This document shows positions 16,601-34,600 of a DNA stretch of 64,000 bases, piece after piece (position 1 is the stretch's first letter; every line of letters begins with the position of its first letter). This DNA comes from Eledone cirrhosa (Eukaryota), in the NCBI GenBank assembly GCA_964016885.1, contig OZ024741.1, positions 413,044,001 through 413,108,000 on the forward strand. The letters run 5' to 3'. The notes under the pieces were generated by a model that worked only from the letters and a program-made list of their open reading frames with translations, made no database searches and was not told where the DNA came from. Made by a program: the position numbers and the translations under genes.

Positions 16601-19600
16601 TCACACCAACACCACCATTACCTATACAACACAGTCCCCCCTTACCATCACACCACCACCACCACCACCTATACAACACTGTCACTCCTTACCATCACAC
16701 CACCACCACCACCATTACCTATACAACACTGTCCTCCCTTACCATCACACCACCACCACCACCATTACCTATACAACACTGTCCTCCCTTACCATCACAC
16801 CACCACCACCATTACCTATACAACACTGTTGCCCCCATACCATCACACCACCATTACCTATACAACACTGTCCTCCCTTACCATCACACCACCACCACCA
16901 CCATTACCTATACAACACTGTCCACCCCCTTATCATCACACCACCACCACCACCACCATTACGTATACAACACTGTCCCCCCCTTACCATCACACCACCA
17001 CCATTACCTATACAACACTGTCCCCCCTTACCATCACACCACAACCACCATTACCTATACAACACTGTTGCCCCATACCATCACACCACCACCACCACCA
17101 TTACCTATACAATACTGTCCTCCCTTACCATCACACCACCATCACCACCATTACCTATACAACACTGTCCTCCCTTACCATCACTCCACCACCACCACCA
17201 TTACCTATACAACACTGTCCCCCCTTATCATCACACCACCACCACCACCACCACCATTACCTATACAACACTGTCCGCCCTTACCATCACACCACCACCA
17301 TTACCTATACAACACTGTCCTCCCTTACCATCACACCACCACCAACTATTACCTATACAACACTGTCCCCCTTTACCATCACACTACCACCACCACCACC
17401 TCCACCTATACAACACTGTCCCCCCTTACCATCACACCACCACTACCACCACCACCACCTATACAACACTCCCCCTTACCATCACACCACCACCACCACC
17501 ATTACCTATACAACACTGTCCCCCCTTACCATCACACCACCACTACCAACATTACCTATATAACACTTTCCCCCTTACCATCACACCACCACCACCACCA
17601 CCACCACCTATACAACACTGTCCCCCCCTTACTATCACACCACCATCACCACCTTTACCTATACAACACTGTACCCCCTTACCATCACACCACCACCATT
17701 ACCTATACAACACTGTCCCTCCTTACCATCACACCACCACCACCACCATTACCTATACAACACTGTCCCTCCTTACCATCACACCACCACCACCATTACC
17801 TATACAACACTGTCCCCCCCTTACCATCACACCACTACCACCACCTATACAGCACTGTCCCCCCTTACCATTAAACAACCACCACCACCTATACAACACT
17901 GTCCCCCCTTATCATCACACCACCACCACCACCATTACCTATACAACACTGTCCTCCCTTACCATCACACCACCACCACCACCATTACCTATACAACACT
18001 GTCCTCCCTTACCATCACACCACCACCACCAGCATTACCTATATAACACTGTCCGCCCTTACCATCACACCACCACCATTACCTATACAACACAGTCCCC
18101 CCTTACCATCACACCACCACCACCATTACCTATACAACACTGTTGCCCCATACCATCACACCACCACCACCACCATTACCTATACAATACTGTCCTCCCT
18201 TACCATCACACCACCATCACCACCATTACCTATACAACACTGTCCTCCCTTACCATCACTCCACCACCACCACCATTACCTATATAACACTGTCCGCCCT
18301 TACCATCACACCACCACCATTACCTATACAACACTGTCCTCCCTTACCATCACACCATCACCACCACCACCATTACCTATACAACACTGTCCCCCTTTAC
18401 CATCACACTACCACCACCACCAATTCCACCTATACAACACTGTCCCCCCTTACCATCACACCACCACCACCATTACCTATACAACACTGTTGCCCCATAC
18501 CATCACACCACTACCACCACCACCACCTATACAACACTGTCCCCCTTACCATCACACCACCACCACCACCATTACCTATACAACACTGTCCTCCCTTACC
18601 ATCACACCACAACCACCACCATTACCTATACAACACTGTCCCCCCTTACCATCACACCACCACTACCAACATTACCTATATAACACTGTCCCCCCTTACC
18701 ATCACACCACCACCACCACCACCATTACCTATACAACACTGTCCCCACTTACCATCACACCACCACCACCACCATTACCTATACAACACTGTCCCCACTT
18801 ACCATCACACCACCACCACCACCACCACCTATACAACACTGTCACCCCTTACCATCACACCACCACCACCACCATTACCTATACAACACTGTCCCCCCTT
18901 ACCATCACACCAACACCACCACCATTACCTATACAACACTGTCCTCCCTTACCATCACACCACCACCCCCACCATTACCTATACAACACAGTCCCCCCTT
19001 ACCATCACACCGCCACCACCACCACCTATACAACACTGTCCCCCTTTACCATCACACCACCACCACCACCACCATTACCTATACAACACTGTCTCCCTTT
19101 ACCATCACACCACCACCACCACCATTACCTATACAACACTGTCCGCCCTTACCATCACACCACCACCACCACCATTACCTATACAACACAGTCCCCCCTT
19201 ATCATCACACCACCACCACCACCATTACCTATACAACACTGTCCGCCCTTACCATCACACCACCACCACCACCATTACCTATACAACACAGTCCCCCCTT
19301 ATCATCACACCACCACCACCACCATTACCTATACAACAGTGTCCTCCCTTACCATAACACCACCACCACCACCACCACCATTACCTATACAACACTGTCC
19401 CCCTTTACTATCACACTACCACCACCACCACCTCCACCTATACAACACTGTCCCCCCTTACCATCACACCACCACTACCACCACCACCACCATTACCTAT
19501 ACAACACTGTCCCCCTTACCATCACACCACCACCACCATTACCTGTACAACACTTCCCCGTTACCATCACGCTACCACCACCATTACCTATACAACACTG

Positions 19601-22600
19601 TCCCCCGCCATACCATCACACCACCACTACCAACATTACCTATAAAACACTGTCCTCCCTTACCATCACACCACCACCAACACCCCCATTACCTATACAA
19701 CACTGTCCCCCCTTACCATCACACCACCACCACCACCACCATTACCTATACAACACTGTCCCCCACCATACCATCACACCACCACCAACACCATTACCTA
19801 TACAACACTGTCCCCCGTTACCATCACACCACCACCACCACCACCACCTCCACCTATACAACACTGTCCCCCCTTACCATCACACCACCACCACCACCAC
19901 CTATACAACACTGTCCTCCCTTACCATCACACCACCACCACCTTTACCTATACAACACTGTACCCCCTTACCATCACACCACCACCATTACCTATACAAC
20001 ACTGTCCCTCCTTACCATCACACCACCACCACCACCATTGCCTATACAACACTGTCCCCCCTTACTATCACACCGCCATCACCACCTTTACCTATACAAC
20101 ACTGTACCCCCTTACCATCACACCACCACCATTACCTATAGAACACTGTCGCCCCTTACCATCACACCACCACCACCATTACCTATGCAACACTGTCCCC
20201 CGTTACCATCACACCACTACCACCACCTATACAGCACTGTCCCCCCTTACCATCAAACAACCACCACCACCTATACAACACTGTTGCCCTCATACCATCA
20301 CACCACCATTACCTATACAACACTGTCCCCCCTTACCATCACACCACCACCACCACCATTACCTATACAACACTGTCCCCCCTTACCATCACACCACCAC
20401 CACCATTACCTATACAACACTGTTGCCCCATACTATCACACCACCACCACCACCATTACCTATATAACACTGTCCGCCCTTACCATCACACCACCACCAC
20501 CACCATTACCTATACAACACTGTCCTCCCTTACCATCACACCACAACCACCACCATTACCTATACAACACTGTCCCCACTTACCATCACACCACCACCAC
20601 CACCATTACGTATACAACACTGTCCTCCCATACCATCACACCACCACCACCATTACCTATACAACACTGTCCCCCCTTACCATCACACCACCACCACCAT
20701 TACCGATACAACACTGTCCCCCGTTACGATCACACCACCACCACCACCTATACAACACAGTCCCCCCTTACCATCACACCACCACCACCTATACAACACT
20801 GTCACCCCTTACCATCACACCACCACCACCACCATTACCTATACAACACTGTCCCCCCTTACCATCACACCACCACCACCACCATTACCTATACAACACT
20901 GTCCCCCCTTACCATCACACCACCACCACCATTACCTATACAACACTAGTGCCCCCATACCATCACACCAGCACCACCACAATTACCTATACAACACTGT
21001 CCTCCCATACCATCACACCACCACCACCACCATTACCTATACAACACTGTCCTCCCTTACCATCACACCACCACCATTACCTATACAACACTTCACCCCT
21101 TACCACCACAACACCACTACCAACATTATCCATACAACACTGTCCCCCCTTACCATCACACCACCACCACCATTACCTATACAACACTGTCCTCCCTTAC
21201 CATCACACCACCACCACCACCATTACCTATACAACACTGTCGCCGCTTACCATCACACCACCACCACCATTACCTATACAACACTGTCCCCCGTTACCAT
21301 CACACCACCACCACCACCATTACCTATACAACACTGTCCTCCCTTACCATCACACCACCACCATTCCCTATACAACACTGTCCTCCCTTACCATCACACC
21401 ACCACCACCACCTATACAGCACTGTCCCCCCTTACCATCACACCACCACCAGCACCTATACAACACTGTGCCCCCTTACCATCACACCACCACCCTCACC
21501 ATTACCTATACAACACTGTCCCCCCCTTACCATCACACCACCACCACCACCATTACCTATACAACACTGTCCTCCCTTACCATAACACCACCACTACCAA
21601 CATTACCTATACAATACTGTCCTCCATTACCATCACACCACCACCACCACCACCATTACCTATACAACACTGTCTCCCTTTACCATCACACCAACACCAA
21701 CACCATTACCTATACAACACAGTCCCCCCTTACCATCACACAGCCACCACCACCACCTATACAACACTGTCCCCCCTTACCATCACACCACCACCACCAC
21801 CGTTACCTATACAACACTGTCCCCCCTTACCATCACACCAACACCAACACCATTACCTATACAACACAGTCCCCCCTTACCATCACACAGCCACCACCAC
21901 CACCTATACAACACTGTCCCCCCTTACCATCACACCACCACCACCACCATTACCTATACAACACTGTCCCCCCTTACCATCACACCACCACCACCATTAC
22001 GTATACAACACTGTCCTCCCATACCATCACACCACCACCACCATTACCGATACAACACTGTCCCCCGTTACGATCACACCACCACCACCACCTATACAAC
22101 ACAGTCCCCCCTTACCATCACACCACCACCACCACCACCTATACAACACTGTCACCCCTTACCATCACACCACCACCACCACCACCATTACCTATACAAC
22201 ACTGTCCCCCTTACCATCACACCACCACCACCACCATTACCTATACAACACTGTCCCCCCCTTACCATCACACCACCACCACCACCATTACCTATACAAC
22301 ACTGTCCCCCCTTACCATCACACCACCACCACCATTACCTATACAACACTAGTGCCCCCATACCATCACACCAGCACCACCACCATTACCTATACAACAC
22401 TATCCTCCCTTACCATCACACCACCACCATTACCTATACAACACTTCACCCCTTACCACCACAACACCACTACCAACATTATCTATACAACACTGTCCCC
22501 CCTTACTATCAAAACACCACCACCACCATTACCTATATAGCACTGTCCCCCCTTACCATCACACCACCACCACCACCTATACAACACTGTGCCCCCTTAC

Positions 22601-25600
22601 CATCACACCACCACCCTCACCATTACCTATACAACACTGTCCCCCCCTTACCATCACACCACCACCACCACCATTACCTATACAACACTGTCCTCCCTTA
22701 CCATCACACCACCACCATCACCATTACCTATACAACACTGTCCTCCCTTACCATAACACCACCACTACCAACATTACCTATACAATACTGTCCTCCCTGA
22801 CCATCACACCACCACCACCATTACTTATACAACACTGTCTCCCTTTACCATCACACCACCACCGTTACCTATACAACACTGTCCCCCATTACCATCACAC
22901 CAACACCACCACCATTACCTATACAAAACTGTCCTCCCTTACCATCACACTGCCACCCCCACCATTACCTATACAACACAGTCCTCCCTTACCATCACAC
23001 CACCACCACCACCACCTATACAATACTGTCCCTCTTTACCATCACTCCACCACCACCACCACCATTACCTGTACAACACTTCCCCCCCTTACCATCACAC
23101 CACCACCACCATTACCTATACAACACTGTCCCCCGCCATACCATCACACCATCACTACCAACATTACCTATACAACACTGTCCTCCCTTACCATCACACC
23201 AACACCACCACCTATACAACACTGTCCCCACTTACCATCCCACCACCACCATTACCTACACAACACTGTCCCCCATTACCATCACACCACCACCATTACC
23301 TATACAACACTGTCCCCCCTTACCATCACACCACCACCACCTATACAACACAGTCCTCCCTTACCATCACACCACCACCACCACCACCTATACATCACTG
23401 TCCCCCCTTACCATCACACCACCACCATTACCTATACAACACTGTCCCCCCTTACCATCACACCACCACAATTACCTATACAACACTGTCCCCCCTTACC
23501 ATCACACCACCACCACCTATACAACACAGTCCTCCCTTACCATCACACCACCACCACCACCACCACCTATACATCACTGTCCCCTCTTACCATCACACCA
23601 CCACCACCACCATTACCTATACAACACTGTCCTCCCTTACCATCACACCACCACCACCTATACATCACTGTCCCCCCTTACCATCACACCACCACCATTA
23701 CCTATACAACACTGTCCCCCCTTACCATCACACCACCACAATTACCTATACAACACTGTCCCCCCTTACCATCACACCACCACCACCTATACAACACAGT
23801 CCTCCCTTACCATCACACCACCACCACCACCACCACCTATACATCACTGTCCCCTCTTACCATCACACCACCACCACCACCATTACCTATACAACACTGT
23901 CCTCCCTTACCATCACACCACCACCATTTCCTATACAACACTGTCCCCCCTTACCATCACACCACCACCACCTATACAACACTGTCCCCCGTTACCAGCA
24001 CAGCACCACCACCACCACCTATACAACACTGTCCCCCCTTACCATCACACCACCACCACCACCTATACAACACTGTCCCCCCTTACCATCACACCACCAC
24101 CAAAATTACCTATACAACACTGTCACCCCTTACCATCACACCACCACCACCACCATTACCTATACAACACTGTCCCCCCCTTACCATCACACCACCACCA
24201 CCACCATTACCTATACAACACTGTCCCCCCTTACCATCACACCACCACCACCATTACCTATACAACACTAGTGCCCCCATACCATCACACAAGCACCACC
24301 ACCATTACCTATACAACACTGTCCTCCCTTACCATCACACCACCACCACCACCATTACCTATACAACACTGTCCTCCCTTACAATCACACCACCACCACC
24401 ACCATTACCTATACAACACTTCCCCCCTTACCATCACACCACCATCATTACCTATACAGCACTGTCCCCCCTTACCATCACACCACCACCACCATTACCT
24501 ATAGAACACTGTCCCCCCTTACCATCACACTACCACCACCATTACCTATACAACACTGTCCCCCATTACCATCACACCACCACCACCACCATTACCTATA
24601 CAACGCTGTCCCCCGTTACCATCACACCACCACCACCACCTATACAGCACTGTCCCCCCTTACCATCACACCACCACCACCACCACCACCTATACAACAC
24701 TGTTCCCCCTTACCATCACACCACCACCATTACCTATACAACACTGTCCCCCCCTTACCATCACACCACCACCACCACCATTACCTATACAACACTGTAC
24801 CCCTTGCTATCACACCACCACCACCATTACCTATACAACCCTGTTTCCCCCATACCATCACACCACCACCACCACAATTACCTATACAACACTGTCCTCC
24901 CTTACCATCACACCACCACCATTACCTATACAACACTGTCCTCCCTTACCATCACACCACCACCACCACCAACATTACCTATACAACACTGTCCCCCCTT
25001 GCCATCACACCACCACCATTACCTATACAACACTGTCCTCCCTTACCATCACACCACCACCACCACCATTACCTATACAACACTGTCCCCCTTATCATCA
25101 CACCACCACCATTACCTATACAACACTGTCCTCCCTTACCATCACACCACCACCACCACCATTACCTATACAACACTGTCCCCCCTTACCATCACACCAC
25201 CACCACCACCATTACCTATACAACACTGTCCTCCCTTACCATCACACCACCACCACCACCATTACCTATACAACACTGTCCCCCTTATCATCACACCACC
25301 ACCACCACCATTACCTATACAACACTGTCCTCCCTTACCATCACACCACCACCATTACCTATACAACACTGTCCCCCCTTACCATCACACCACCACTACC
25401 AACATTACCTATACAACACTGTCCTCCCTTACCATCACACGACCACCACCACCACCATTACCTATACAACACTGTCCCCCTTTACCATCACACCACCACC
25501 GTTACCTATACAACACTGTCCCTCCTTACCATCACACCAACACCACCACCATTACCTATACAACATTGTCCCCCCTTACCATCACACCACCACCACCACC

Positions 25601-28600
25601 ACCTATACAACACTGTCCCCCTTTACCATCACACCACCACCATTACCTGTACAACACTTCCCCCCCTTACCATAACACCACCACTACCAACATTACCTAT
25701 ACAATACTGTCCTCCCTGACCATCACACCACCACCATTACTTATACAACACTGTCTCCCTTTACCATCACACCACCACCGTTACCTATACAACACTGTCC
25801 CCCCTTACCATCACACCAACACCACCACCATTACCTATACAACACAGTCCTCCCTTACCATCACACCGCCACCACCACCACCTATACAATACTGTCCCTC
25901 TTTACCATCACTCCACCACCACCACCACCATTACCTGTACAACACTTCCCCCCCTTACCATCACACCACCACCACCATTACCTATACAACACTGTCCCCC
26001 GCCATACCATCACACCATCACTACCAACATTACCTATACAACACTGTCCTCCCTTACCATCACACCAACACCACCACCTATACAACACTGTCCCCACTTA
26101 CCATCCCACCACCACCATTACCTACACAACACTGTCCCCCATTACCATCACACCAACACCATTACCTATACAACACTGTCCCCCCTTACCATCACACCAC
26201 CACCACCACCACCACCACCACCTATACAACACTGTCCTCCCTTACCATCACACCACCACCATTACCTATACAACACTGTCCCCCCTTACCATCACACCAC
26301 CACCACCTATACAACACAGTCCTCCCTTACCATCACACCACCACCACCACCACCTATACATCACTGTCCCCCCTTACCATCACACCACCACCATTACCTA
26401 TACAACACTGTCCCCCCTTACCATCACACCACCACAATTACCTATACAACACTGTCCCCCCTTACCATCACACCACCACCACCTATACAACACAGTCCTC
26501 CCTTACCATCACACCACCACCACCACCACCACCTATACATCACTGTCCCCTCTTACCATCACACCACCACCACCACCATTACCTATACAACACTGTCCTC
26601 CCTTACCATCACACCACCATTTCCTATACAACACTGTCCCCCCTTACCATCACACCACCACCACCACCTATACAACACTGTCACCCGTTACCAGCACAGC
26701 ACCACCACCACCACCTATACAACACTGTCCCCCCTTACCATCACACCACCACCACCACCACCTATACAACACTGTCCCCCCTTACCATCACACCACCACC
26801 AAAATTACCTATACAACACTGTCACCCCTTACCATCACACCACCACCACCACCATTACCTATACAACACTGTCCCCCCCTTACCATCACACCACCACCAC
26901 CACCATTACCTATACAACACTGTCCCCCCTTACCATCACACCACCACCACCATTACCTATACAACACTAGTGCCCCCATACCATCACACAAGCACCACCA
27001 CCATTACCTATACAACACTGTCCTCCCTTACCATCACACCACCACCACCACCATTACCTATACAACACTGTCCTCCCTTACAATCACACCACCACCACCA
27101 CCATTACCTATACAACACTTCCCCCCTTACCATCACACCACCATCATTACCTATACAGCACTGTCCCCCCTTACCATCACACCACCACCACCATTACCTA
27201 CAGAACACTGTCCCCCCTTACCATCACACTACCACCACCATTACCTATACAACACTGTCCCCCATTACCATCACACCACCACCACCACCATTACCTATAC
27301 AACGCTGTCCCCCGTTACCATCACACCACCACCACCACCACCACCTATACAACACTGTTCCCCCTTACAATCACACCACCACCATTACCTATACAACACT
27401 GTCCCCCCCTTACCATCATACCACCACCACCACCATTACCTATACAACACTGTACCCCTTGCTATCACACCACCACCACCATTACCTATACAACCCTGTT
27501 TCCCCCATACCATCACACCACCACCACCACAATTACCTATACAACACTGTCCTCCCTTACCATCACACCACCACCATTACCTATACAACACTGTCCTCCC
27601 TTACCATCACACCACCACCACCAACATTACCTATACAACACTGTCCCCCCTTACCATCACACCACCACCACCACCATTACCTATACAACACTGTCCTCCC
27701 TTACCATCACACCACCACCACCACCATTACCTATACAACACTGTCCCCCTTATCATCACACCACCACCACCACCATTACCTATACAACACTGTCCTCCCT
27801 TACCATCACACCACCACCATTACCTATACAACACTGTCCCCCCTTACCATCACACCACCACTACCAACATTACCTATACAACACTGTCCTCCCTTACCAT
27901 CACACGACCACCACCACCACCATTACCTATACAACACTGTCCCCCTTTACCATCACACCACCACCGTTACCTATACAACACTGTCCCTCCTTACCATCAC
28001 ACCAACACCACCACCATTACCTATACAACATTGTCCCCCCTTACCATCACACCACCACCACCACCACCTATACAACACTGTCCCCCTTTACCATCACACC
28101 ACCACCATTACCTGTACAACACTTCCCCCCTTACCATCACACCACCACCAACATTACCTATACAACACTGTCCCCCCTTACCATCACGCCACCACCACCA
28201 TTACCTATACAACACTGTCCCCCGCCATACCATCAGGCCACCACTACCAACATTACCTATACAACACTGTCATCCCTTACCATCACACCAACACCACCAC
28301 CACCACCTATACAACACAGTCCTCCGTTACCATCACACCACCACCACCACCACCACCTATACAACACTGTCCCCCATTACCATCACACCACCACCACCAC
28401 CTATACAACACTGTCCCCCCTTACCATCACACCACCACCACCATTACCTATACAACACTGTCACCCCTTACCATCACACCACCACCACCATTACCTATAC
28501 AACACTGTCCCCCCTTACCATCACACCACCACCACCACCATTACCTATACAACACTGTCCCCCCTTAACATCACACCACCACCACCACCAACACCTATAC

Positions 28601-31600
28601 AACACTGTCCCCCCTTACCATCACGCCACCACCACCATTACCTATACAACACTGTCCTCCCTTACCATCACACCACCACTACCACCACCACCACCTATAC
28701 AACACTGTTCCCCGAAATACCATCACACCACCACCACCACCATTACCTATACAACACTGTCCCCCCTTACCATCACACCACCACCACCACCATTACCTAT
28801 ACAACACTGTCCTCCCTTACCATCTCACCACCACCACCAACATTACCTATACAACACTGTCCCCCCTTGCCATCACACCACCACCACCATTACCTATACA
28901 ACACTGTCCCCCTTACCATCACACCACCACCACCACCATTACCTATACAACACTGTCCCCCTTATAATCACACCACCACCACCACCATTACCTATACAAC
29001 ACTGTCCTCCCTTACCATCACACCACCACCATTACCTATACAACACTGTCCCCCCTTACCATCACACCACCACTACCAACATTACCTATACAACACTGTC
29101 CTCCCTTACCATCACACCACCACCACCACCACCACCTATACATCACTGTCCCCCCTTACCATCACACCACCACCATTACCTATACAACACTGTCCCCCCT
29201 TACCATCACACCACCACCATTACCTATACAACACTGTCCCCCCTTACCATCACACCACCACCACCAACTATACAACACTGTCCTCCCTTACCATCACACC
29301 ACCACCATTACCTATACAACACTGTCACCCGCCATACCATCACACCACCACTACCACCATTACCTATACAACACTGTCCTCCCTTACCATCACACCACCA
29401 CCACCACCATTACCTATACAACACTGTCCTCCCTTACCATCACACCACCACTACCACCACCACCACCTATACAACACTGTTCCCCGAAATACCATCACAC
29501 CACCACCACCACCATTACCTATACAACACTGTCCCCCCTTACCATCACACCACCACCACCACCATTACCTATACAACACTGTGCTCCCTTACCATCACAC
29601 CACCACCACCAACATTACCTATACAACACTGTCCCCCCTTGCCATCACACCACCACCACCATTACCTATACAACACTGTCCCCCTTACCATCACACCACC
29701 ACCACCACCATTACCTATACAACACTGTCCCCCTTATAATCACACCACCACCACCACCATTACCTATACAACACTGTCCTCCCTTACCATCACACCACCA
29801 CCATTACCTATACAACACTGTCCCCCCTTACCATCACACCACCACTACCAACATTACCTATACAACACTGTCCTCCCTTACCATCACACCACCACCACCA
29901 CCACCACCTATACATCACTGTCCCCCCTTACCATCACACCACCACCATTACCTATACAACACTGTCCCCCCTTACCATCACACCACCACCATTACCTATA
30001 CAACACTGTCCCCCCTTACCATCACACCACCACCACCAACTATACAACACTGTCCTCCCTTACCATCACACCACCACCACCACCATTACCTATACAACAC
30101 TGTCCCCCCTTACCATCACACCACCACCACCTATACAACACAGTCCTCCCTTACCATCACACCACCACCTATACATCACTGTCCCCCTTACCATCACACC
30201 ACTACCACCACCATTACCTATACAACACTGTCCTCCCTTACCATCACACCACCATTACCTATACAACACTGTCCCCCCTTACCATCACACCACCACCACC
30301 ACCTATACAACACTGTCCCCCATTACCATCACACCACCACCACCTATACAACACTGTCCCCCCTTACCATCACACCACCACCACCACCACCTATACAACA
30401 CTGTCCCCCCTTACCATCACACCACCACCAAAATTACCTATACAACACTGTCACCCCTTACCATCACACCACCACCACCACCATTACCTATACAACACTG
30501 TCCCCCCTTACCATCAGACCACCACCACCACCATTACCTATACAACACTGTCCCCCCTTACCATCACACCACCACCACCATTACCTATACAACACTAGTG
30601 CCCCCATACCATCACACCAGCACCACCACCATTACCTATACAACATTGTCCTCCCTTACCATCACACCACCACCACCACCATTACCTATACAACACTGTC
30701 CTCCCTTACAATCACACCACCACCACCACCATTACCTATACAACACTTCCCCCCTTACCATCACACCACCATCATTACCTATACAGCACTGTCCCCCCTT
30801 ACCATCACACCACCACCACCATTACCTATACAACACTTCCTCCCATACCATCACACCACCACCACCATTACCTATACAACACTGTCCCCTGTTACCATCA
30901 CAGCACCACCACCATTACCTATAGAACACTGTCCCCCCTTACCATCACACCACCACCACCATTACCTATACAACACTGTCCTCCCATACCATCACACCAC
31001 CACCACCATTACCTATACAACACTGTCCCCTGTTACCATCACAGCACCACCACCATTACCTATAGAACACTGTCCCCCCTTACCATCACACCACCACCAC
31101 CATTACCTATACAACACTGTCCCCCGTTACCATCACACCACCACCACCACCATTACCTATACAACGCTGTCCCCCGTTACCATCACACCACCACCACCAC
31201 CTATACAGCACTGTCCCCCCTTACCATCACGCCACGACCACCACCACCTATACAACACTGTCCCCCCCTTACCATCACACCACCACCACCACCATTACCT
31301 ATACAACACTGTACCCCTTGCCATCACACCACCACCACCATTACCTATACAACCCTGTTTCCCCCATACCATCACACCACCACCACCACAATTACCTATA
31401 CAACACTGTCCTCCCTTAACATCACACCACCACCACCACCAACACCTATACAACACTGTCCCCCCTTACCATCACACCACCACCACCACCATTACCTATA
31501 CAACACTGTCACCCGCCATACCATCACACCACCACTACCACCATTACCTATACAACACTGTCCTCCCTTACCATCACACCACCACCACCACCATTACCTA

Positions 31601-34600
31601 TACAACACTGTCCTCCCTTACCATCACACCACCACTACCACCACCACCACCTATACAACACTGTTCCCCGAAATACCATCACACCACCACCACCACCATT
31701 ACCTATACAACACTGTCCCCCCTTACCATCACACCACCACCACCACCATTACCTATACAACACTGTCCTCCCTTACCATCACACCACCACCACCAACATT
31801 ACCTATACAACACTGTCCCCCCTTGCCATCACACCACCACCACCATTACCTATACAACACTGTCCCCCTTACCATCACACCACCACCACCACCATTACCT
31901 ATACAACACTGTCCCCCGTTACCATCACACCACCACCACCACCATTACCTATACAACGCTGTCCCCCGTTACCATCACACCACCACCACCACCTATACAG
32001 CACTGTCCCCCCTTACCATCACGCCACCACCACCACCACCTATACAACACTGTCCCCCCCTTACCATCACACCACCACCACCACCATTACCTATACAACA
32101 CTGTACCCCTTGCCATCACACCACCACCACAATTACCTATACAACACTGTCCTCCCTTACCATCACACCACCACCACCAACATTACCTATACAACACTGT
32201 CCCCCCTTTCCATCACACCACCACCATTACCTATACAACACTGTCCCCCCTTACCATCACACCACCACCACCACCATTACCTATACAACACTGTCCTCCC
32301 TTACCATCACACCACCACCACCATTACCTATACAACACTGTCCCCCTTATCATCACACCACCACCACCACCATTACCTATACAACACTGTCCTCCCTTAC
32401 CATCACACCACCACCATTACCTATACAACACTGTCCCCCCTTACCATCACACCACCACTACCAACATTACCTATACAACACTGTCCTCCCTTACCATCAC
32501 ACCGCCACCCCCACCATTACCTATACAACACAGTCCCCCTTTACCATCACACCACCACCGTTACCTATACAACACTGTCCCTCCTTACCATCACACCAAC
32601 ACCACCACCATTACCTATACAACATTGTCCCCCCTTACCATCACACCACCACCACCACCACCTATACAACACTGTCCCCCCTTAACATCACACCACCACC
32701 TATACAACACTGTCCCCCCTTACCATCACGCCACCACCACCATTACCTATACAACACTGTCCCCCCTTACCATCACACCACCACCACCACCATTACCTAT
32801 ACAACACTGTCACCCGCCATACCATCACACCACCACTACCACCATTACCTATACAACACTGTCCTCCCTTACCATCACACCACCACCACCACCACCATTA
32901 CCTATACAACACTGTCCTCCCTTACCATCACACCACCACTACCACCACCACCACCTATACAACACTGTTCCCCGACATACCATCACACCACCACCACCAC
33001 CTATACAACACTGTCCCCCCTTACCATCACACCACCACCACCACCATTACCTATACAACACTGTCCTCCCTTACCATCACACCACCACCACCAACATTAC
33101 CTATACAACACTGTCCCCCCTTGCCATCACACCACCACCACCATTACCTATACAACACTGTCCTCCCTTACCATCACACCACCACCACCAACATTACCTA
33201 TACAACACTGTCCCCCCTTGCCATCACACCACCACCACCATTACCTATACAACACTGTCCCCCCTTACCATCACACCACCACCACCACCATTACCTATAC
33301 AACACTGTCCCCCCTTGCCATCACACCACCACCACCATTACCTATACAACACTGTCCCCCTTATAATCACACCACCACCACCGCCATTACCTATACAACA
33401 CTGTCCCCCTTATAATCACACCACCACCACCACCATTACCTATACAACACTGTCCCCCCTTACTATCACACCACCACTACCAACATTACCTATACAACAC
33501 TGTCCTCCCTTACCATCACACCACCACCACCGCCATTACCTATACAACACTGTCCCCCTTATAATCACACCACCACCACCACCATTACCTATACAACACT
33601 GTCCCCCCTTACTATCACACCACCACTACCAACATTACCTATACAACACTGTCCTCCCTTACCATCACACCACCACCACCACCACCATTACCTGTACAAC
33701 ACTTCCCCCCCTTACCATCACACCACCACCAACATTACCTATACAACACTGTCCCCCCTTACCATCACGCCACCACCACCATTACCTATACAACACTGTC
33801 CCCCGCCATACCATCAGACCACCACTACCAACATTACCTATACAACACTGTCGTCCCTTACCATCACACCAACACCACCACCACCACCTATACAACACAG
33901 TCCTACGTTACCATCACACCACCACCACCACCACCACCACCTATACAACACTGTCCCCCTTACCATCACACCACCACCACCACCACTATTACCTATACAA
34001 CACTGTCCCCCCTTACCATCACACCACCACCACCACCATTACCTATACAACACTGTCACCCGCCATACCATCACACCACCACCACCACCATTACCTATAC
34101 AACACTGTCCTCCCTTACCATCACGCCACCACTACCACCACCACCACCTATACAACACTGTTCCCCGACATACCATCACACCACCACCACCACCATTACC
34201 TATACAACACTGTCCCCCCTTACCATCACACCACCACCACCACCATTACCTATACAACACTGTCCCCCCCTTACCATCACACCACCACCACCATTACCTA
34301 TACAACACTGTTCCCCCCTTACCATCACACCACCGCTATCAACATTACCTATACAACACTGCCCCCCCATACCATCACACCACCACCACCACCATTACCT
34401 ATACAAGACTGTCCCCCCATACCATCGCACCACCACCACCACCACCACCATTTCCTATACAACACTGTCCCCCATATACCATCACACCACCACCACCATT
34501 ACCTATACAACACTGGCGTCTCCCATACCATCACACCACCACCATTACCTATACGACGCTCCCCCCCCCCCCCCTCCCCCCAATACCATCATTCCACCAC

